NCBI GenBank assembly: GCA_964016885.1
Contig: OZ024752.1
Coordinates: 17,732,001 to 17,796,000 of the forward strand
Direction: 5' to 3'
DNA length: 64,000 bases
DNA from: Eledone cirrhosa
Taxonomy: Eukaryota
Position numbers and translations under genes: made by a program. Numbering within the stretch: the stretch's first letter is position 1; each line of letters starts with the position of its first letter. The notes beneath the pieces are model-generated. The model was given only the letters and a program-made list of their open reading frames with translations. It was not told the origin of the DNA and searched no databases. Shown here one piece after another: positions 16,122-30,900 of this stretch.

Positions 16122-18399
16122 ATGGTCTACAACTCCACCATTCTAACTCCTTCATATATGGTCTACAACTCCACCATTCTAACTCCTTCTTATATGGTCT
16201 ACAACCCCACCATTCTATCTCCTTCTTATATGGTCTACAACTCCACCATGCTAACTCCTTCTTATATGGTCTACAACTCTACCATTCTAACTCATTCTTA
16301 TATGTTCTACAACTCCACCATTCTAACTCCTTCTTATATGGTCTACAACTCCACCATTCTAACTCCTTCTTATATGGTCTACAACACCACCATTCTAACT
16401 CCTTCTTATATTGTGTACAAATCCACTATTCTAACTCCTTATTATATGGTCTACAACTCCACCATTCTAACTCCTTCTTATATGGTGTGCAACTCCACCA
16501 TTCTAATTCCTTCTTATATGGTCTACAACTCCACCATTCTTACTCCTTCTTATATGGTCTACAACTCCACCATTCTAATTCCTCCTTATATGGACTACAA
16601 CTCCACCATTCTAATTCCTTCTTATATGGTGTACAACTCCACCATTCTAACTCCTTCATATGTGGTCTACAACTCCACCACACTAACTCCTTTTTATATG
16701 GTGTACAACTCCACCATTCTAATTCCTTCTTATATGGTCTACAACTCCACCATTCTAACTCCTTCATATATGGTCTACAACTCCACCATTCTAACTCCTT
16801 CTTATATGGTCTACAACTCCACCATTCTAATTCCTTCTTATATGGTCTACAACTCCACCATTCTAATTCCTTCTTATATGGTCTACAACTCCACCATTCT
16901 AACGCCTTCTTATATGGTCTACAACTCCACCATTCTAACACCTACTTATATGGTGTACAACTCCACCATTCTAATTCCTTCTTATATGGTCTACAACTCC
17001 ACCATTCTTACTCCTTCTTATATGGTCTACAACTCCACCATTCTAATTCCTCCTTATATGGTCTACAACTCCACCATTCTAATTCCTTCTTATATGGTCT
17101 ACAACTCCACCATTCTAATTCCTTCTTATATGGTCTACAACTCCACCATTCTAACGCCTTCTTATATGGTCTACAACTCCCCCATTCTAATTCCTTCTTA
17201 TATGGTCTACAACTACACTATTCTAAATCCTTCTTATATGGTCTACAACTCCACCATTCTAATTCCTTCTTATATGGTCTACAACTCCACCATTCTAACT
17301 CCTTCATATTTGGTCTACAACTCCACCATTCTAACTCCTTCTTATATGGTCTACAAATCCACCATTCTAACTCCTTCTTATATGGTCTACAACTCCACCG
17401 TTCTTACTCCTTCTTATATGGTCTACAACTCCACCATTCTAATTCCTCCTTATATGGTCTACAACTCCACCATTCTAATTCCTTCTTATATGGTGTACAA
17501 CTCCACCATTCTAACTCCTTCATATGTGGTCTACAAATCCACCATTCTAACTCCTTTTTATATGGTGTACAACTCCACCATTCTAATTCCTTCTTATATG
17601 GTCTACAACTCCACCATTCTAACTCCTTCTTATATGGTGTACAACTCCACCATTCTAATTCCTTCTTATATGGTCTACAACTGCACCATTCTAACTCCTT
17701 CTTATATGGTCTACAACTCCCCCATTCTAATTCCTTCTTATATCGTCTACAACTACACTATTCTAACTCCTTCTTATATGGTCTACAACTCCACCATTCT
17801 AATTCCTTCTTATATGGTCTACAACTCCACCATTCTAACTCCTTCTTATATGGTCTACAACACCACCATTCTATCTCCTTCTTATATGGTCTACAACTCC
17901 ACCATGCTAACTCCTTCTTATATGGTCTACAACTCTACCATTCTAACTCATTCTTATATGTTCTACAACTCTACCATTCTAACTCCTTCTTATATGGTCT
18001 ACAACTCCACCATTCTAACTCCTTCTTATATGGTCTACAACTCCACCATTCTAACTCCTTCTTATATGGTGTACAACTCCACTATTCTAACTGCTTATTA
18101 TATGGTCTACAACTCCACCATTCTAACTCCTTCTTATATGGTGTACAACTCCACCATTCTAATTCCTTCTTATATGGTCTACAACTCCACCATTCTAACT
18201 CCTTCTTATATGGTCTAGAACTCCACCATTCTAATTCCTTCTTATATGGTCTACAACTACACTATTCTAACTCCTTCTTATATGGTCTACAACTCCACCA
18301 TTCTAATTCCTTCTTATATGGTCTACAACTCCACCATTCTAAATCCTTCTTATATGGTCTACAACTCTACCATTCTAACTCATTCTTATATGGTCTACA

Positions 18400-21300
18400 A
18401 CTCCACCATTCTAACTCCTTCTTATATGGTCTACAACTCCACCATTCTAACTCCTTCTTATATGGTCTAAAACTCCACCATTCTAACTCCTTCTTATATG
18501 GTCTACAACTCCACCATTCTAACTCCTTCTTATATGGTGTACAACTCCACCATTCTAATTCCTTCTTATATGGTGTACAACTCCACTATTCTAACTCCTC
18601 CTTATATGGTCTACAACTCCACCATTCTAATTCCTTCTTATATGGTCTACAACTCCACCATTCTAACTCCTTCATATATGGTCTACAACTCTACCATTCT
18701 AACTCCTTCTTATATGGTGTGCAACTCCACCATTCTAATTCCTTCTTATATGGTCTACAACTCCACCATTCTAACTCCTTCTTATATGGTCTACAACTCC
18801 ACCATTCTAATTCCTTCATATATGGTGTACAACTCCACCATTCTAATTCCTTCTTATATGGTCTACAACTCCACCATTCTAATTCCTTCTTATATGGTCT
18901 ACAACTCCACCATTCTAACTCCTTCTTACAATGGTCTACAACTCCACCATTCTAACTCCTTCTTATATGGTCTACAACTCCACCATTCTAACTCCTTCTT
19001 ATATGGTCTAAAACTCCACCATTCTAACTCCTTCTTATATGGTCTACAACTCCACCATTCTAACTCCTTCTTATATGGTGTACAACTCCACCATTCTAAT
19101 TCCTTCTTATATGCTCTACAACTCCACCATTCTAACTCCTCCTTATATGGTCTACAACTCCACCATTCTAATTCCTTCTTATATGGTGTACAACTCCACC
19201 ATTCTAATTCCTTCTTATATGGTCTACAACTCCACCATTCTAATTCCTTCTTATATGGTCTACAACTCCACCATTCTAACTCCTTCTTATATGGTCTACA
19301 ACTCCACCATTCTAACTCCTTCTTATATGGTCTACAACTCCACCATTCTAACTCCTTCTTATATGGTCTAAAACTCCACCATTCTAACTCCTTCTTATAT
19401 GGTCTACAACTCCACCATTCTAACTCCTTCTTATATGGTGTACAACTCCACCATTCTAATTCCTTCTTATATGCTCTACAACTCCACCATTCTAACTCCT
19501 CCTTATATGGTCTACAACTCCACCATTCTAATTCCTTCTTATATGGTCTACAACTCCACCATTCTAACTCCTTCATATATGGTCTACAACTCTACCATTC
19601 TAACTCCTTCTTATATGGTCTACAACTCCACCATTCTAACACCTTCTTATATGGTGTACAACTCCACCATTCTAATTCCTTCTTATATGGTCTACAACTC
19701 CACCATTCTTACTCCTTCTTATATGGTCTACAACACCACCATTCTAATTCCTCCTTATATGGTCTACAACTCCACCATTCTAATTCCTTCTTATATGGTC
19801 TACAACTCCACCATTCTAATTCCTTCTTATATGGTCTACAACTCCACCATTCTAACTCCTTCTTATATGGTCTACAACTCCCCCATTCTAATTCCTTCCT
19901 ATATGGTCTACAACTACACTATTCTAACTCCTTCTTATATGGTCTACAACTCCACCATTCTAACACCTTCTTATATGGTCTACAACTGAACCATTCTAAT
20001 TCCTTCTTATATGGTGTACAACTCCACCATTCTAACTCCTTCATATGTGGTCTACAACTCCACCACTCTAACTCCTTTTTATATGGTGTACAACTCCACC
20101 ATTCTAATTCCTTCTTATATGGTCTACAACTCCACCATTCTAACCCCTTCATATATGGTCTACAACTCCACCATTCTAACTCCTTCTTATATGGTCTACA
20201 ACTCCACCATTCTAATTCCTTCTTATATGGTCTACAACTCCACCATTCTAATTCCTTCTTATATGGTCTACAACTCCACCATTCTAACGCCTTCTTATAT
20301 GGTCTACAACTCCACCATTCTAACGCCTTCTTATATGGTGTACAACTCCACCATTCTAATTCCTTCTTATATGGTCTACAACTCCACCATTCTAACTCCT
20401 TCTTATATGGTCTACAACTCCACCATTCTAATTCCTTCTTATATGTTCTACAACTCCACCATTCTAATTCCTTCTTATATAGTCTACAACTCCACCATTC
20501 TAATTCCTTCTTATACGGTCTACAACTCCACCATTCTAACTCCTTCTTATATGGTCTACAACTCCACCATTCTAACTCCTTCTTATATGGTCTACAACTG
20601 CACCATTCTAACTCCTTCTTATATGGTCTACAACTCCACCATTCTAACTCCTTCTTATATGGTCTACAACTCCACCATTCTAACTCCTTCTTATATGGCC
20701 TAAAACTCCACCATTCTAACTCCTTCTTATATGGTCTACAACTCCACCATTCTAACTCCTTCTTATATGGTGTACAACTCCACCATTCTAATTCCTTCTT
20801 ATATGCTCTACAACTCCACCATTCTAACTCCTCCTTATATGGTCTACAACTCCACCATTCTAATTCCTTCTTATATGGTCTACAACTCCACCATTCTAAC
20901 TCCTTCATATATGGTCTACAACTCTACCATTCTAACTCCTTCTTATATGGTGTGCAACTCCACCATTCTAATTCCTTCTTATATGGTCTACAACTCCACC
21001 ATTCTAACTCCTTCTTATATGGTCTACAACTCCACCATTCTAATTCCTTCATATATGGTGTACAACTCCACCATTCTAATTCCTTCTTATATGGTCTACA
21101 ACTCCACCATTCTAATTCCTTCTTATATGGTCTACAACTCCACCATTCTAACTCCTTCTTATAATGGTCTACAACTCCACCATTCTAACTCCTTCTTATA
21201 TGGTCTACAACTCCACCATTCTAACTCCTTCTTATATGGTCTAAAACTCCACCATTCTAACTCCTTCTTATATGGTCTACAACTCCACCATTCTAACTCC

Positions 21301-22180
21301 TTCTTATATGGTGTACAACTCCACCATTCTAATTCCTTCTTATATGCTCTACAACTCCACCATTCTAACTCCTCCTTATATGGTCTACAACTCCACCATT
21401 CTAATTCCTTCATATATGGTGTACAACTCCACCATTCTAATTCCTTCTTATATGGTCTACAACTCCACCATTCTAATTCCTTCTTATATGGTCTACAACT
21501 CCACCATTCTAACTCCTTCTTATATGGTCTACAACTCCACCATTCTAACTCCTTCTTATATGGTCTACAACTCCACCATTCTAACTCCTTCTTATATGGT
21601 CTAAAACTCCACCATTCTAACTCCTTCTTATATGGTCTACAACTCCACCATTCTAACTCCTTCTTATATGGTGTACAACTCCACCATTCTAATTCCTTCT
21701 TATATGCTCTACAACTCCACCATTCTAACTCCTCCTTATATGGTCTACAACTCCACCATTCTAATTCCTTCTTATATGGTCTACAACTCCACCATTCTAA
21801 CTCCTTCATATATGGTATACAACTCTACCATTCTAACTCCTTCTTATATGGTCTACAACTCCACCATTCTAACACCTTCTTATATGGTGTACAACTCCAC
21901 CATTCTAATTCCTTCTTATATGGTCTACAACTCCACCATTCTTAATCCTTCTTATATGGTCTACAACTCCACCATTCTAATTCCTCCTTATATGGTCTAC
22001 AACTCCACCATTCTAATTCCTTCTTATATGGTCTACAACTCCACCATTCTAATTCCTTCTTATATGGTCTACAACTCCACCATTCTAACGCCTTCTTATA
22101 TGGTCTACAACTCCCCCATTCTAATTCCTTCTTATATGGTCTACAACTACACTATTCTAACTCCTTCTTATATGGTCTAC
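18400..22180. repeat. ~1.5-kb block repeated at a 2,233-bp offset (62 monomers + 1 bp); each copy carries a 37-bp monomer and three TAA-variant monomers
   Basis: The +1 insertion is at 18930 (TACAATG) and 21163 (TATAATG). TAA variants end at 18470/19011/19371 and 20703/21244/21604. ORF pairs 19039/21272 and 19399/21632 differ by 2,233. Boundaries are approximate. Confidence 0.88.
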
Positions 22181-24979
22181 AACTCCACCATTCTAATTCC
22201 TTCTTATATGGTCTACAACTCCACCATTCTAACTCCTTCATATTTGGTCTACAACTCCACCATTCTAACTCCTTCTTATATGGTGTACAACTCCACCATG
22301 CTAACTCCTTCTTATATGGTCTACAACTCTACCATTCTAACTCATTCTTATATGTTCTACAACTCCACCATTCTAACTCCTTCTTATATGGTCTACAACT
22401 CCACCATTCTAACTCCTTCTTATATGGTCTACAACACCACTATTCTAACTCCTTGTTATATGGTCTACAAATCCACCATTCTAACTCCTTCTTATATGGT
22501 GTACAACTCCACCATTCTTACTCCTTCTTATATGGTCTACAACTCCACCATTCTAATTCCTCCTTATATGGTCTACAACTCCACCATTCTAATTCCTTCT
22601 TATATGGTGTACAACTCCACCATTCTAACTCCTTCATATGTGGTCTACAAATCCACCATTCTAACTCCTTTTTATATGGTGTACAACTCCACCATTCTAA
22701 TTCCTTCTTATATGGTCTACAACTCCACCATTCTAACTCCTTCTTATATGGTGTACAACTCCACCATTCTAATTCCTTCTTATATGGTCTACAACTGCAC
22801 CATTCTAACTCCTTCTTATATGGTCTACAACTCCCCCATTCTAATTCCTTCTTATATCGTCTACAACTACACTATTCTAACTCCTTCTTATATGGTCTAC
22901 AACTCCACCATTCTAATTCCTTCTTATATGGTCTACAACTCCACCATTCTAACTCCTTCTTATATGGTCTACAACACCACCATTCTATCTCCTTCTTATA
23001 TGGTCTACAACTCCACCATGCTAACTCCTTCTTATATGGTCTACAACTCTACCATTCTAACTCATTCTTATATGTTCTACAACTCTACCATTCTAACTCC
23101 TTCTTATATGGTCTACAACTCCACCATTCTAACTCCTTCTTATATGGTCTACAACTCCACCATTCTAACTCCTTCTTATATGGTGTACAACTCCACTATT
23201 CTAACTGCTTATTATATGGTCTACAACTCCACCATTCTAACTCCTTCTTATATGGTGTACAACTCCACCATTCTAATTCCTTCTTATATGGTCTACAACT
23301 TCACCATTCTAACTCCTTCTTATATGGTCTAGAACTCCACCATTCTAATTCCTTCTTATATGGTCTACAACTACACTATTCTAACTCCTTCTTATATGGT
23401 CTACAACTCCACCATTCTAATTCCTTCTTATATGGTCTACAACTCCACCATTCTAAATCCTTCTTATATGGTCTACAACTCTACCATTCTAACTCATGCT
23501 TATATGGTCTACAACTCCACCATTCTAACTCCTTCTTATATGGTCTACAACTCCACCATTCTAACTCCTTCTTATATGGTCTAAAACTCCACCATTCTAA
23601 CTCCTTCTTATATGGTCTACAACTCCACCATTCTAACTCCTTCTTATATGGTGTACAACTCCACCATTCTAATTCCTTCTTATATGCTCTACAACTCCAC
23701 CATTCTAACTCCTCCTTATATGGTCTACAACTCCACCATTCTAATTCCTTCTTATATGGTCTACAACTCCACCATTCTAACTCCTTCATATATGGTCTAC
23801 AACTCTACCATTCTAACTCCTTCTTATATGGTCTACAACTCCACCATTCTAACTCCTTCTTATATGGTCTACAACTCCACCATTCTAATTCCTTCATATA
23901 TGGTGTACAACTCCACCATTCTAATTCCTTCTTATATGGTCTACAACTCCACCATTCTAATTCCTTCTTATATGGTCTACAACTCCACCATTCTAACTCC
24001 TTCTTATATGGTCTACAACTCCACCATTCTAACTCCTTCTTATATGGTCTACAACTCCACCATTCTAACTCCTTCTTATATGGTCTAAAACTCCACCATT
24101 CTAACTCCTTCTTATATGGTCTACAACTCCACCATTCTAACTCCTTCTTATATGGTGTACAACTCCACCATTCTAATTCCTTCTTATATGCTCTACAACT
24201 CCACCATTCTAACTCCTCCTTATATGGTCTACAACTCCACCATTCTAATTCCTTCATATATGGTGTACAACTCCACCATTCTAATTCCTTCTTATATGGT
24301 CTACAACTCCACCATTCTAATTCCTTCTTATATGGTCTACAACTCCACCATTCTAACTCCTTCTTATATGGTCTACAACTCCACCATTCTAACTCCTTCT
24401 TATATGGTCTACAACTCCACCATTCTAACTCCTTCTTATATGGTCTAAAACTCCACCATTCTAACTCCTTCTTATATGGTCTACAACTCCACCATTCTAA
24501 CTCCTTCTTATATGGTGTACAACTCCACCATTCTAATTCCTTCTTATATGCTCTACAACTCCACCATTCTAACTCCTCCTTATATGGTCTACAACTCCAC
24601 CATTCTAATTCCTTCTTATATGGTCTACAACTCCACCATTCTAACTCCTTCATATATGGTCTACAACTCTACCATTCTAACTCCTTCTTATATGGTGTGC
24701 AACTCCACCATACTAATTCCTTCTTATATGGTCTACAACTCCACCATTCTAACTCCTTCTTATATGGTCTACAACTCCACCATTCTAATTCCTTCATATA
24801 TGGTGTACAGCTCCACCATTCTAACTCCTTCTTATATGGTCTACAACTCCACCATTCTAACTCCTTCTTATATGGTCTACAACTCCACCATTCTAACTCC
24901 TTCTTATATGGTGTACAACTTCACCATTCTAAGTCCTTCTTATATGGTGTACAACTCCACCATTCTAACTCCTTCATAT

Positions 24980-27900
24980 ATGGTCTACAACTCCACCATT
25001 CTAACTCCTTCTTATATGGTGTACAACTCCACCATTCTAATTGCTTCTTATATGGTCTACAACTCCACCATTCTAACTCTTTCTTATATGGTCTACAACT
25101 CCACCATTCTAACTCCTTCTTATATGGTCTACAACTCCACCATTCTAACTCCTTCTTATATGGTCTACAACTCCACCATTCTAATTCCTTCTTATATGGT
25201 CTACAACTCCACTATTCTAACTCATTCTTATATGGTCTACAACTCCACCATTCTAATTCCTTCTTATATGGTCTACAACTCCACCATTCTTACTCCTTCT
25301 TATATGGTCTACAACTCCACCATTCTAATTCCTCCTTATATGGTCTACAACTCCACCATTCTAATTCCTTCTTATATGGTGTACAACTCCACCATTCTAA
25401 CTCCTTCATATGTGGTCTACAACTCCACCACTCTAACTCCTTTTTATATGGTGTACAACTCCACCATTCTAATTCCTTCTTATATGGTCTACAACTCCAC
25501 CATTCTAACTCCTTCATATATGGTCTACAACTCCACCATTCTAACTCCTTCTTATATGGTCTACAACTCCACCATTCTAATTCCTTCTTATATGGTCTAC
25601 AACTCCACCATTCTAATTCCTTCTTATATGGTCTACAACTCCACCATTCTAACGCCTTCTTATATGGTCTACAACTCCACCATTCTAACGCCTTCTTATA
25701 TGGTGTACAACTCCACCATTCTAATTCCTTCTTATATGGTCTACAACTCCACCATTCTAACTCCTTCTTATATGGTCTACAACTCCACCATTCTAATTCC
25801 TTCTTATATGTTCTACAACTCCACCATTCTAATTCCTTCTTATATGGTCTACAACTCCACCATTCTAATTCCTTCTTATACGGTCTACAACTCCACCATT
25901 CTAACTCCTTCTTATATGGTCTACAACTCCACCATTCTAACTCCTTCTTATATGGTCTACAACTGCACCATTCTAACTCCTTCTTATATGGTCTACAACT
26001 CCACCATTCTAACTCCTTCTTATATGGTGTATAACTCCACCATTCTAACTCCTTCTTATATGGTGTACAACTCCACCATTCTAATTCCTTCTTATATGGT
26101 CTACAACTCCACCATTCTAACTCCTTCTTATATGGTCTACAACTCCCCCATTCTAATTCCTTCTTATATGGTCTACAACTACACTATTCTAACTCCTTCT
26201 TATATGGTCTACAACTCCACCATTCTAATTCCTTCTTATATGGTCTACAACTCCACCATTCTAACTCCTTCATATTTGGTCTACAACTCCACCATTCTAA
26301 CTCCTTCTTATATGGTCTACAACTCCACCATTCTATCTCCTTCTTATATGGTCTACAACTCCACCATGCTAACTCCTTCTTATATGGTCTACAACTCTAC
26401 CATTCTAACTCATTCTTATATGTTCTACAACTCCACCATTCTAACTCCTTCTTATATGGTCTACAACTCCACCATTCTAACTCCTTCTTATATGGTCTAC
26501 AACACCACCATTCTAACTCCTTCTTATATGGTGTACAACTCCACTATTCTAACTCCTTATTATATGGTCTACAACTCCACCATTCTAACTCCTTCTTATA
26601 TGGTCTACAACTCCACCATTCTTACTCCTTCTTATATGGTCTACAACTCCACCATTCTAATTCCTCCTTATATGGTTTACAACTCCACCATTCTAATTCC
26701 TTCTTATATGGTGTACAACTCCACCATTCTAACTCCTTCATATGTGGTCTACAACTCCACCATTCTAACTCCTTTTTATATGGTGTACAACTCCACCATT
26801 CTAATTCCTTCTTATATGGTCTACAACTCCACCATTCTAACTCCTTCATATATGGTCTACAACTCCACCATTCTAACTCCTTCTCATATGGTCTACAACT
26901 CCACCATTCTAATTCCTTCTTATATGGTCTACAACTCCACCATTCTAATTCCTTCTTATATGGTCTACAACTCCACCATTCTAACGCCTTCTTATATGGT
27001 CTACAACTCCACCATTCTAACGCCTTCTTATATGGTGTACAACTCCACCATTCTAATTCCTTCTTATATGGTCTACAACTCCACCATTCTAACTCCTTCT
27101 TATATGGTCTACAACTCCACCATTCTAATTCCTTCTTATATGGTCTACAACTCCACCATTCTAATTCCTTCTTATATGGTCTACAACTCCACCATTCTAA
27201 TTCCTTCTTATACGGTCTACAACTCCACCATTCTAACTCCTTCTTATATGGTCTACAACTCCACCATTCTAACTCCTTCTTATATGGTCTACAACTGCAC
27301 CATTCTAACTCCTTCTTATATGGTCTACAACTCCACCATTCTAACTCCTTCTTATATGGTGTACAACTCCACCATTCTAACTCCTTCTTATATGGTGTAC
27401 AACTCCACCATTCTAATTCCTTCTTATATGGTCTACAACTCCACCATTCTAATTCCTTCTTATATGGTCTACAACTCCACCATTCTAACTCCTTCTTATA
27501 TGGTGTACAACTCCACCATTCTAATTCCTTCTTATATGGTCTACAACTCCACCATTCTAACTCCTTCTTATATGGTCTACAACTCCACCATTCTAATTCC
27601 TTCTTATATGTTCTACAACTCCACCATTCTAATTCCTTCTTATATGGTCTACAACTCCACCATTCTAATTCCTTCTTATACGGTCTACAACTCCACCATT
27701 CTAACTCCTTCTTATATGGTCTACAACTCCACCATTCTAACTCCTTCTTATATGGTCTACAACTGCACCATTCTAACTCCTTCTTATATGGTCTACAACT
27801 CCACCATTCTAACTCCTTCTTATATGGTGTACAACTCCACCATTCTAACTCCTTCTTATATGGTGTACAACTCCACCATTCTAATTCCTTCTTATATGGT

Positions 27901-30900
27901 CTACAACTCCACCATTCTAACTCCTTCTTATATGGTCTACAACTCCCCCATTCTAATTCCTTCTCATATGGTCTACAACTACACTATTCTAACTCCTTCT
28001 TATATGGTCTACAACTCCACCATTCTAATTCCTTCTTATATGGTCTACAACTCCACCATTCTAACTCCTTCATATTTGGTCTACAACTCCACCATTCTAA
28101 CTCCTTCTTATATGGTCTACAACTCCACCATTCTATCTCCTTCTTATATGGTCTACAACTCCACCATGCTAACTCCTTCTTATATGGTCTACAACTCTAC
28201 CATTCTAACTCATTCTTATATGTTCTACAACTCCACCATTCTAACTCCTTCTTATATGGTCTACAACTCCACCATTCTAACTCCTTCTTATATGGTCTAC
28301 AACACCACCATTCTAACTCCTTCTTATATGGTGTACAACTCCACTATTCTAACTCCTTATTATATGGTCTACAACTCCACCATTCTAACTCCTTCTTATA
28401 TGGTCTACAACTCCACCATTCTTACTCCTTCTTATATGGTCTACAACTCCACCATTCTAATTCCTCCTTATATGGTTTACAACTCCACCATTCTAATTCC
28501 TTCTTATATGGTGTACAACTCCACCATTCTAACTCCTTCATATGTGGTCTACAACTCCACCATTCTAACTCCTTTTTATATGGTGTACAACTCCACCATT
28601 CTAGTTCCTTCTTATATGGTCTACAACTCCACCATTCTAACTCCTTCATATATGGTCTACAACTCCACCATTCTAACCCCTTCTCATATGGTCTACAACT
28701 CCACCATTCTAATTCCTTCTTATATGGTCTACAACTCCACCATTCTAATTCCTTCTTATATGGTCTACAACTCCACCATTCTAACGCCTTCTTATATGGT
28801 CTACAACTCCACCATTCTAACGCCTTCTTATATGGTGTACAACTCCACCATTCTAATTCCTTCTTATATGGTCTACAACTCCACCATTCTAACTCCTTCT
28901 TATATGGTCTACAACTCCACCATTCTAATTCCTTCTTATATGGTCTACAACTCCACCATTCTAATTCCTTCTTATATGTTCTACAACTCCACCATTCTAA
29001 TTCCTTCTTATACGGTCTACAACTCCACCATTCTAACTCCTTCTTATATGGTCTACAACTCCACCATTCTAACTCCTTCTTATATGGTCTACAACTGCAC
29101 CATTCTAACTCCTTCTTATATGGTCTACAACTCCACCATTCTAACTCCTTCTTATATGGTGTACAACTCCACCATTCTAATTGCTTCTTATATGGTCTAC
29201 AACTCCACCATTCTAACTCTTTCTTATATGGTCTACAACTCCACCATTCTAACTCCTTCTTATATGGTCTACAACTCCACCATTCTAACTCCTTCTTATA
29301 TGGTCTACAACTCCACCATTCTAATTCCTTCTTATATGGTCTACAACTCCACTATTCTAACTCATTCTTATATGGTCTACAACTCCACCATTCTAATTCC
29401 TTCTTATATGGTCTACAACTCCACCATTCTTACTCCTTCTTATATGGTCTACAACTCCACCATTCTAATTCCTCCTTATATGGTCTACAACTCCACCATT
29501 CTAATTCCTTCTTATATGGTGTACAACTCCACCATTCTAACTCCTTCATATGTGGTCTACAACTCCACCACTCTAACTCCTTTTTATATGGTGTACAACT
29601 CCACCATTCTAATTCCTTCTTATATGGTCTACAACTCCACCATTCTAACTCCTTCATATATGGTCTACAACTCCACCATTCTAACTCCTTCTTATATGGT
29701 CTACAACTCCACCATTCTAATTCCTTCTTATATGGTCTACAACTCCACCATTCTAATTCCTTCTTATATGGTCTACAACTCCACCATTCTAACGCCTTCT
29801 TATATGGTCTACAACTCCACCATTCTAACGCCTTCTTATATGGTGTACAACTCCACCATTCTAATTCCTTCTTATATGGTCTACAACTCCACCATTCTAA
29901 CTCCTTCTTATATGGTCTACAACTCCACCATTCTAATTCCTTCTTATATGTTCTACAACTCCACCATTCTAATTCCTTCTTATATGGTCTACAACTCCAC
30001 CATTCTAATTCCTTCTTATACGGTCTACAACTCCACCATTCTAACTCCTTCTTATATGGTCTACAACTCCACCATTCTAACTCCTTCTTATATGGTCTAC
30101 AACTGCACCATTCTAACTCCTTCTTATATGGTCTACAACTCCACCATTCTAACTCCTTCTTATATGGTGTATAACTCCACCATTCTAACTCCTTCTTATA
30201 TGGTGTACAACTCCACCATTCTAATTCCTTCTTATATGGTCTACAACTCCACCATTCTAACTCCTTCTTATATGGTCTACAACTCCCCCATTCTAATTCC
30301 TTCTTATATGGTCTACAACTACACTATTCTAACTCCTTCTTATATGGTCTACAACTCCACCATTCTAATTCCTTCTTATATGGTCTACAACTCCACCATT
30401 CTAACTCCTTCATATTTGGTCTACAACTCCACCATTCTAACTCCTTCTTATATGGTCTACAACTCCACCATTCTATCTCCTTCTTATATGGTCTACAACT
30501 CCACCATGCTAACTCCTTCTTATATGGTCTACAACTCTACCATTCTAACTCATTCTTATATGTTCTACAACTCCACCATTCTAACTCCTTCTTATATGGT
30601 CTACAACTCCACCATTCTAACTCCTTCTTATATGGTCTACAACACCACCATTCTAACTCCTTCTTATATGGTGTACAACTCCACTATTCTAACTCCTTAT
30701 TATATGGTCTACAACTCCACCATTCTAACTCCTTCTTATATGGTCTACAACTCCACCATTCTTACTCCTTCTTATATGGTCTACAACTCCACCATTCTAA
30801 TTCCTCCTTATATGGTTTACAACTCCACCATTCTAATTCCTTCTTATATGGTGTACAACTCCACCATTCTAACTCCTTCATATGTGGTCTACAACTCCAC

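Larger units (their letters stand above)
33..18218 (+). other. Repeat-derived open frame, (MVYNSTIL[T/I]PSY)n, 6,061 aa; probably not a real gene
   Basis: The frame is open in the ORF track but contains only repeat, with no unique terminus or domain. It ends at a TAC>TAG point variant in mid-array. The confidence given is for it being a true CDS. Confidence 0.05.
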
